Shown one piece after another: positions 1 through 5,243 of a stretch of DNA of 5,243 nucleotides. The notes under the pieces are model-generated. The model was not told the DNA's origin. It was given only the letters and a program-made list of their open reading frames with translations, and searched no databases. Position 1 is the first letter of the stretch. Each line of letters starts with the position of its first letter. Made by a program: the position numbers and the translations under genes. Source of the stretch: Paraspadella gotoi (lineage: Eukaryota > Animalia > Chaetognatha); contig JBJCIZ010000594.1 in assembly GCA_051294375.1 (NCBI GenBank), positions 1 to 5,243 on the forward strand, in the 5' to 3' direction.

Positions 1-457
1 GAGAGTCAAGCCACGTTGCCAGAGTCAAACTCCCCCAAAATTTACCTTCTGGTTTTCCAGTTTTTCTCCTTTGAATTTTGGAGCAAAAGAAAATTTCAGG
101 TTTGACAGTTAATTCGGCGAATTTCAAATTTTTTTTTTTTTCTTGAATTAAATCTTTCTTTTATTAACTTTTTAATTTTCCTACCCATTTTCACTTTTAA
201 CCATTTTTCTTTAACCAGATGCAAAATTAATTAAAATTGATATTCTGATTCGAACACGAGACCGGCGGCATCTATTGCCTCGTGAGCCAAGTCTTCCGAA
301 ACTCACATCAAACATCTTCAAAAATCTCACATCTCAACATTAAAATTTCTAAATTATTTTTTTCTTCAATTTCTCGCAAAAATTAAAAATTTTCATCCAC
401 AAAAAAACTTTGTTTTTTCTTCATCGCGATCCTAAATCGTTTTTTTCTATGATCCTC

Positions 458-580
458 AACAATAACTACAACAATAACTACAAACAAATAACAACAAAAC
501 CGAACCAAAAAACACAACTAGCCATAACAACGACAAACAACAACACGTCCGAAATAATAAAAAATAAACAACAACAACAA
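458..580 (+). repeat. Degenerate (CAA/ACA)n microsatellite
   Basis: aacaataactacaacaataactacaaac...aacaacaacaacaa; almost no G on the plus strand. Confidence 0.85.
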
Positions 581-649
581 TTCAAGTCATTCAATCTCCC
601 GGCCGACTTTTGTACACAAGATCGTCTTCCCACACGAATCTTTCCAACA

Positions 650-785
650 AGACGCCACACCATCCCACCTCCCTCTTTCGCACACCACCCTGATCCCAAC
701 CACCCCCGCCCAACCACCCTAGCCCACACCACGTCCCACAAGCCCAACCAACTCATATCTCCCCTCCTTCTCCTTCACATCTCTT
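650..785 (+). repeat. C-rich low-complexity tract
   Basis: CCA/CCC/CCT-rich, with strong C-over-G skew. Confidence 0.7.
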
Positions 786-1021
786 CGCCGTGCCGGAGTC
801 GGATTTCTCAGAAAATCGACGGCGTCGGTTCTAGTTTTGAACCGCCGCGACCAGCGTGGAGGAAGAGAACGCGACGCCGCTGCCGACGTTGCCGACGCAA
901 GACCTCCCTCCGCACTCTCCCGTCTGATCATTTGGGTCCATGCGATTTCGACGAAAAATGTTTTTTTGTCGGTCGAACGAATTTTGAATTCCTCGTTCCA
1001 TCGCGTGTCTAAAACAGGGTC

Positions 1022-1270
1022 GTTTGCTTGTTGTTGTTGTTGTTGTGTTTGTTGTTGTTGTTTGGTTGTTTGTCGTTGTTTGTTGTCGTTGTTGTTGTGG
1101 TTTTCCCCCGTTTTGTTTGTTGTTGTTTGTTTTTGTTGTAGTTTGTTGTCGTTGTTTGGTTGTCGTTGTTGTTGTCTGTTGTTGTTGTTTTAGTTTTCGT
1201 TTGTTTGTTGTGTTGTTGTGTTAATTTGTTTTTTGTTGTTTTAAGTTAATATTGTTTGTTTTGGTTGTCC
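1022..1270 (+). repeat. Degenerate (GTT)n microsatellite with occasional GTC
   Basis: gttgttgttgttgttgtgtttgttgttgttg...; source of the spurious poly-C/V/L ORFs. Confidence 0.9.
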
Positions 1271-1363
1271 ATTGTCTCTTTTTAATTTTGTTTTTCAGGT
1301 TTTTCGTTTGTTGGTTTCGAAATTGTCGAAGTCCTGATAATTGTCTGTCGTGTCGTCTTTCCT

Positions 1364-1431
1364 ATTGTTTTAGTTTTTATTGTTTAAGTTTTTTATTGTT
1401 TGAGTTTTAATTGTTTCAGTTTTTATTGTTT
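1364..1431 (+). repeat. 15-16 bp minisatellite ATTGTTTNAGTTTTT x ~4.5
   Basis: Units at 1364, 1379, 1395, 1410 and a partial unit at 1425. Confidence 0.85.
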
Positions 1432-1878
1432 ATATTAATTGAATCATCGTCATGTAGTCATTCTGACATTTTTTGCTTTTTCTTCCGATGTTGAATTTTA
1501 GAACTTAAACCATTTATATATTTTCTGATAGCAAACGTTTAAAAATAACATCCATTTCTAAACCTATCTAGTAAACAATTAGTAGTTTAGTAGCGTATGA
1601 TACGATATATAAAATAGTAGGAGTTTTAGTCTTATTTTTTTTTTAATTCTCTTGGATTCCCGAAATCATTTAAAATTCTCGATTAAACTTATTCCTTCCA
1701 TTTTTGACTCAAGTTGCATCGTCAAGTTGAGTCGTTGTCTTCGTCTCGAAATCAGCTGATTCTGGTTTCGAAACCGGCGAAACCTTCTCTGTTTGTCGGC
1801 CCGCCCCGCCCCCCCCACACGGCAAGCCCCTCCCTCTGGAAGACTCCGACCCGGTTTGTCTCCCGTTGAGACAAATCA

Positions 1879-1919
1879 TTCGTCGTCGTCGTCGGTCGTC
1901 TCGTTGTCGTCGTCGTCGC
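1879..1919 (+). repeat. Short degenerate (GTC)n tract
   Basis: ttcgtcgtcgtcgtcggtcgtctcgttgtcgtcgtcgtcg. Confidence 0.8.
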
Positions 1920-2115
1920 GTATCGGCCGAATATTTTTTTTTTTTTTCAAGTTTTTCTAATTCTTAGTAAAGAAAAACCAGACAATACTAGTTTTTTTAG
2001 CTGTAAAGCTACTGGCAATCAATCATTTGTCCATTATTCATTATATTTCTGTTCGGTTTATATACGTACTTATTCATATAATTATTATTATTAATGTTGG
2101 TTTAACTTCAAATAG

Positions 2116-2483
2116 GACGACGACTTCACAACGACGAGACGACGACGTAAGACGACGACGAAAACGACGAACGAGACGAGACAGCGAAGACGAAAACGAC
2201 GAGACGAAGACGACGACGAAAACCGAAAGAAACGACGACGAAAGACGACGACGACGAGAGACGACGACGAAACGAACCGCGAAGACGACGATATAACGAC
2301 GACGAATGCGAAAAGCGAGACAGCCACGAAGAGACAAGAGAGACAGAGCGAGGAAGACCCAAGGACGAGAAAGAACGACAGACGACAGAAAAAACGACGA
2401 CATGCCACGCAAAGAAAAGACAATGATGAATGAGAAGAAAAGACGACGAAGACGACGACGAAGACAACAACAACAACAACAAC
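2116..2483 (+). repeat. Degenerate (GAC/CGA)n purine-rich tract ending in (ACA)n
   Basis: gacgacgac interspersed with gaa/gag/aaa; ends in acaacaacaacaacaacaacg. Explains the many overlapping low-complexity ORFs. Confidence 0.9.
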
Positions 2484-2673
2484 GCCGCTCTCCTTCAACC
2501 ATCTCTCTCTCAGTCTTCTCTCTTTCGATCCTTCAATCACCTCTTGCGCGGCGCCGGCTCTCTTCCACGCGGCGTTCGTTTCGACGGCGTCGCTCGAATT
2601 TTCGAACGCCGAAGTTCGACCGACCCGTTGAATCGTCGCTTCGAAGGGAAAATAGAATTGCGGCAGATATTAG
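2484..2673 (+). pseudogene. Putative exon remnant, N-terminal domain of the M17-like gene
   Basis: 2613-2645 reads SSTDPLNRRFE, resembling recalled consensus (F)SxTGPLNRDYDDVRRF. Possible donor TAG|GTTTAA at 2674. The 5' boundary is only a composition-based estimate. Confidence 0.5.
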
Positions 2674-2680
2674 GTTTAAA

Positions 2681-3082
2681 GAGTGGCGTAGTTTAGAGGT
2701 AAGGAGTGGCGTAGTTTTAGGGGTGAATGAGTGCGCGTAGTTTAGGGGTTAAGGAGTTGGCGTAGTTAGGGGTAAGAGTGGCCGTAGTTTTAGGGGTTAA
2801 AGAGTGGCGGTAGTTTAGGGGGTAGGAGTGGCGTAGTTTAAGGGGTGAAAGTGGCGTAGTTTAGGGGATGAAGAGTGGCGAAGGAGGGTCGTTAGGGGTA
2901 AAGGCGGTAGTGTAGGTGAGAGTGGCGAGCTAGTGTGGGTAGTGGGGTGAAGAGTGGCGCAGTTTGGGCGGCAAGAGTGGCTGCAGTTTTGGGGGTGAAG
3001 AGTGTCGTTGTTAGGGGAGAAGAGTGGCGCAGTTTGGGTGAAGAATGGCTTAGTTTTAAGGGGTAAAGGAGTGCGCAGTTTG
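2681..3082 (+). repeat. G-rich minisatellite, ~17 units of ~23 bp, consensus GAGTGGCGTAGTTTAGGGGTGAA
   Basis: Units start at 2681, 2704, 2729, 2754, 2776, 2802, 2826, 2849, 2873, ~2903, 2920, 2952, 2975, 3000, 3022, 3043 and 3069. Most are 21-26 bp and differ mainly by 1-nt indels; the 2873-2951 units are more degenerate. Confidence 0.95.
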
Positions 3083-3189
3083 ACAAACGGGTTGACCCAG
3101 TTAGAAGATATCCAATATTTTGGTTGTTCCTTAAACGCCCAACTATATCTCAATATATTAAATAAATTAAGCTTGCTCTTTTGTCACAG

Positions 3190-3469
3190 TTGACCAGGCG
3201 CGCTCCAAGCGCGGACGTCGGCGTAACTAATTCCTTGAATTCGACAAAAAGAAAAATCGAATCTTTGGAAATTTGCGCAAAAAAGACAGACGATGACGAC
3301 GACTTTCAACGCGACCTCGAGATGGCGCTGGCGATCGAATCTTGACGCCTATTGGCTAAGACTTTGGTCTGCGGGCGTGCGGCGGCGGGGGCGACCGGCG
3401 ATTCATGCAGCCCTGAGGCCGCGAGGAATTCCTTCGATCGAATTTTGGGGGGAAAAGTTTAAAATGACG
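3190..3469 (+). pseudogene. Exon of M17-like gene (domain junction region)
   Basis: Acceptor ctcttttgtcacAG (AG 3188-3189), donor ACG|GTGAAA (GT 3470). Reads LTRRAPSADVGVTNSLNSTKRKIESLEICAKKTDDDDDFQRDLEMALAIES*RLLAK, then GGGGDRRFMQP (3381-3413, second frame) and GEKFKMT (to 3469, third frame). Compare consensus ALALESGRIVxRDIGGSDPERMAPP...VKVE. Confidence 0.7.
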
Positions 3470-3478
3470 GTGAAATCG

Positions 3479-3484
<6 letters not shown>

Positions 3485-3572
<88 letters not shown>
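3485..3572 (+). repeat. (GA)n microsatellite within putative intron 3470-3625
   Basis: Near-perfect GA run with two small interruptions. Confidence 0.97.
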
Positions 3573-3625
3573 TTTAACTTTTCGAATAACTCATTTCCCT
3601 CTTCTCTATTTCAATTTTCTCCAAG

Positions 3626-3747
3626 ATTATTCCGATCAAAAGCTCCATCCAAACGAAGACTATCCTTGTTTATGCGTTGACGCCCGTGGACGGGCAGAAA
3701 ATGACGGCAGCTGTTATGGCGTAAAATCGTGTGGCGTGGATCCGAGT

Positions 3748-3789
<42 letters not shown>

Positions 3790-3810
3790 AATATTTGATT
3801 TATTTGATAG
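3626..3810 (+). pseudogene. Exon of M17-like gene (SDQK/YPCL region up to the expected GKG site)
   Basis: Polypyrimidine acceptor ttttctccaAG (AG 3624-3625), donor TAG|GTTATT (GT 3811). SDQKLHPNEDYPCLCVDAR from 3631 resembles VISDxxxLxKEYPCLAAVNR. RVAWIRVG-(D)12-EIFDLFD from 3728, in another frame, resembles RVIWLEY...TLxLVGK. Confidence 0.7.
3752..3787 (+). repeat. (GAC)12 perfect trinucleotide repeat inside putative exon (poly-Asp)
   Basis: 12 consecutive GAC triplets. Confidence 0.95.
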
Positions 3811-4061
3811 GTTATTTATATGTTCCTTACTAATTATTATTTGTTATTACTTTTTAATATTTATTAAAAATGACAAGTTTATTTGCTTTACTATATTAGA
3901 CAAAATTTTTAAAACGAAAATAAAAATGTAATATATTTCGCACAACTATTAGATTTAATTATTATTTTTTTCATGTTTAATAATGTAACGGGGTGAGGGA
4001 TGCTAGTGTTGTCTAATTAATTAATTAATTTATTCAATTTGTAAAAATATTTATCTCTCAG

Positions 4062-4156
4062 GCGCGGCGGATTTTAGTAGGGATGAGATCGACGGTGGAG
4101 TCACAGTCGTCGGCGTCTTGAAGGCGTTGGAAGGAATGGAACTAGAGGGCGTCAAG
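4062..4156 (+). pseudogene. 95-nt exon of M17-like gene
   Basis: Acceptor tatctctcAG (4060-4061), donor AAG|GTTGAT (4157). Only one frame is open: AADFSRDEIDGGVTVVGVLKALEGMELEGVK, ending in phase 0. Compare MSRDKCGAAAVAGFLKxLxxLKPKGVK. Confidence 0.8.
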
Positions 4157-4551
4157 GTTGATTGATTGATTGATTCATTGATTGATTGATTTATTGGCTT
4201 ATAAAATAATAGATTTACTGATGAAATGATTGATAGATTTAATAGTCGATTAATTGATCAAATGAAATGATTGATCGAATCATTTATTGATTGCTTGATT
4301 GATTGATCAAATGAACTATTGATCAGATGATTAATTAATACTGATTTATATTATTATTAATTTTAATTAATTTATTGATTGATGAATTAATCTATTCGGC
4401 AAATGGTTGATAAATTAATTGATTAAATTATTGATTAATTGATCAAATGGTTCATTGATTGATTAATAAAATCTAAGATTTATTAAATGATCAAATGATT
4501 GATTGATTGATTGATTGATCAGATGAGTGATTTGATGACTAATTCATTTAG
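4157..4551 (+). repeat. GT-AG intron filled with degenerate (TTGA)n/TTAA repeats
   Basis: Starts GTTGATTGATTGATTG and ends TGACTAATTCATTTAG. Recurrent sub-motifs TTGATCAAATG and TTGATCAGATGA. Flanking exons join in frame. Confidence 0.9.
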
Positions 4552-4775
4552 GTTGTCGCCGGTCTTGCCCTATGCGAAGGAAGAGGAGGAGGAGGAGGAG
4601 GAGGAGGAAGAGGAAGAAGATTCATAGAAAAATTCATCAAATCTCGAAATGGAGAAGAAATTCTATGTTTCGATCGCAGCTGTCCGGGCTGGAGAGGCGG
4701 AGGTGGCGGCGGCCGGCGGCGGCGGGCGTGTTGCATTGGCGGACTTACTGTGTCACGCCAGAGAGAAGGAGAAAG
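4552..4775 (+). pseudogene. Exon of M17-like gene spanning the expected NTDAEGR catalytic region
   Basis: Branch-point-like TGACTAAT (4536-4543) and acceptor catttAG (4550-4551). Joins the previous exon in frame to give GVK|VVAGLALCE, then (G)8, FIEKFIKSRNGEEI. After a frameshift, GRVALADLLCHAREKE (4724-4771). Possible donor AAG|GTGGGA at 4776. Confidence 0.8.
4585..4608 (+). repeat. (GGA)8 trinucleotide repeat inside putative exon
   Basis: Eight GGA triplets within a longer purine tract, 4576-4620. Confidence 0.9.
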
Positions 4776-4779
4776 GTGG

Positions 4780-4840
4780 GAGAGAGAGAGAGAGAGCAGA
4801 GAGAGAGGAGAGGAGAGAGAAGGAGAGAGAGAGAGAAGGA
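4780..4840 (+). repeat. Degenerate (GA)n tract, putative intron 4776-4863
   Basis: gagagagagagagagagcagagagagaggagaggagagagaaggagagagagagagaagg. Confidence 0.9.
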
Positions 4841-4863
4841 AAGATAGTCGCGGATATCCATAG

Positions 4864-4944
4864 GACTAGGAAAGTGCCCTTTCTCTTTTTCCGCTGTACA
4901 TGTGGCTTCGACATGATAAGAACTTATTCACACAAATTCCCTAC
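4864..4944 (+). pseudogene. Putative short exon of M17-like gene (ATLTG region)
   Basis: ccatAG at 4862-4863 and C|GTAACT at 4945. KVPFLFFRCTCGFDMIRTYSHKF (from 4871) aligns without gaps to recalled VNPHLFTIATLTGHAIRAxGPNY, with P-x-L-F, T and IR conserved. Splice phases do not match cleanly. Confidence 0.5.
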
Positions 4945-5138
4945 GTAACTTTCTCGCGATTCTACATCCCAACACGCAACGCCCACCTACGACTTGGCTT
5001 GACATCTTACCGAGTCTGTAGCAACGCCGAAGTCAGGCTGATGCTAGCTACACGACCATACTGAAGTACGAGATCGCCGTGGCGAGTACGTAAGGAGAAG
5101 ATTACGAGATAGGCACGCTCCACTTCGACGCCGCTGAC

Positions 5139-5243
5139 GCCGTCTTGGTTCCAAACGGCGCCGCTTTGAAATCCGGCGTCTTTGATGGAATCATCGTCGC
5201 CGGCGAAAAAATCGGCGTCGATTTTGAGAAGAAGAATTTGAGG
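5139..5243 (+). pseudogene. Exon of M17-like gene, truncated by window end
   Basis: Frame is open 5094-5243. AVLVPNGAALKSGVFDGIIVAGEKIGVDFEKKNLR aligns without gaps to recalled SIIMDNGPARKxxxAQKLQEAGDLIGDPFEISTIR. No clean acceptor immediately upstream, so the start is approximate. Confidence 0.75.

Larger units (their letters stand above)
2484..5243 (+). pseudogene. Disrupted multi-exon M17 leucyl aminopeptidase-family gene (W07G4.4-like subfamily); 3' end runs off the window, 5' end uncertain
   Basis: Seven GC-rich blocks, several bounded by AG/GT splice sites, translate to segments colinear with the recalled family consensus. Contains TGA at 3343-3345, frameshifts in at least three exons and degenerate catalytic motifs. 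Could equally be an intact gene in an error-rich sequence. Confidence 0.8.

Noticed and set aside
2-28. Direct repeat AGAGTCAA (2-9, 21-28) as a target-site duplication
   Set aside because: Too short, at the window edge, and with no associated element.
410-2540. Long ORFs in the track (410-1012, 837-1193, 1024-1224, 2027-2296, 2074-2502, 2091-2540, 2126-2482 etc.)
   Set aside because: They are open only because CAA/GTT/GAC repeats lack stop codons. Products are homopolymeric and overlap on several frames and strands.
781-2660. Large degenerate inverted repeat (781-1020 vs 2484-2660; GTCGGTCGAAC at 968-978 vs GTTCGACCGAC at 2614-2624)
   Set aside because: There is only an 11-bp exact match and a gappy similarity in CG-rich sequence, and the matches are not colinear, so this is consistent with chance.
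2681-3082. CRISPR array
   Set aside because: Units are head-to-tail with no unique spacers, the context is eukaryotic, and there are no cas genes.
2681-3082. True telomere, or a coding repeat (EWRSLGVK)n
   Set aside because: The array is internal and TTAGGG is only part of a 23-bp unit. Unit lengths are mostly not multiples of 3, so no frame is maintained.
3289-3345. Ubiquitin-interacting motif at a protein C-terminus (DDDDDFQRDLEMALAIES*)
   Set aside because: Spacing to the Ser is off by one, and the segment is better explained as the ALALESGR helix of the M17 family, with homology continuing past the stop.
3343-3345. Selenocysteine or programmed readthrough TGA
   Set aside because: The aligned residue is Gly rather than Cys, nearby frameshifts break the frame anyway, and no SECIS can be assessed within the window.
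4553-4627. Alternative terminal exon reading LSPVLPYAK-(E)n-DS*
   Set aside because: It is incompatible with the only open frame of exon 4062-4156, whereas the phase-0 frame gives the family-like KVVAGLA.

Overview
Eukaryotic, intron-rich, low-complexity DNA. No prokaryotic features (no CRISPR, IS element, tRNA or rRNA). Most ORFs in the supplied track are artefacts of microsatellites. Reading the GC-rich islands between AT-rich or repeat-filled gaps as exons reveals a plus-strand, multi-exon gene remnant from about 2484 to the window end. Its pieces match, in the correct order, my recalled consensus of the M17 leucyl-aminopeptidase subfamily of animal 'putative aminopeptidase W07G4.4-like' proteins. 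Example pairs: STDPLNR~STGPLNR; ALAIES*R~ALALESGR; SDQK..DYPCL; SRD..GVKVVAGLA; IKSRNG; GRVALADLLC~GRMVMADLLC; PFLF..T....IR; NGAALK..AGEKIG.DFE...LR~NGPA.K..AGD.IGDPFE.ST.R. As given, the copy has a premature TGA, several frameshifts and no recognisable GKG/YDTGG/NTDAE metal-binding motifs. It is therefore either a pseudogene or dead paralogue, or a very error-rich sequence. The putative introns hold different repeats: a ~23-bp G-rich TTTAGGG-containing minisatellite, (GA)n and (TTGA)n. The first 2.4 kb is mostly CAA/GTT/CGA microsatellite and AT-rich sequence with two unassigned GC-rich islands. The homology calls come from memory of the family, not from a database search.
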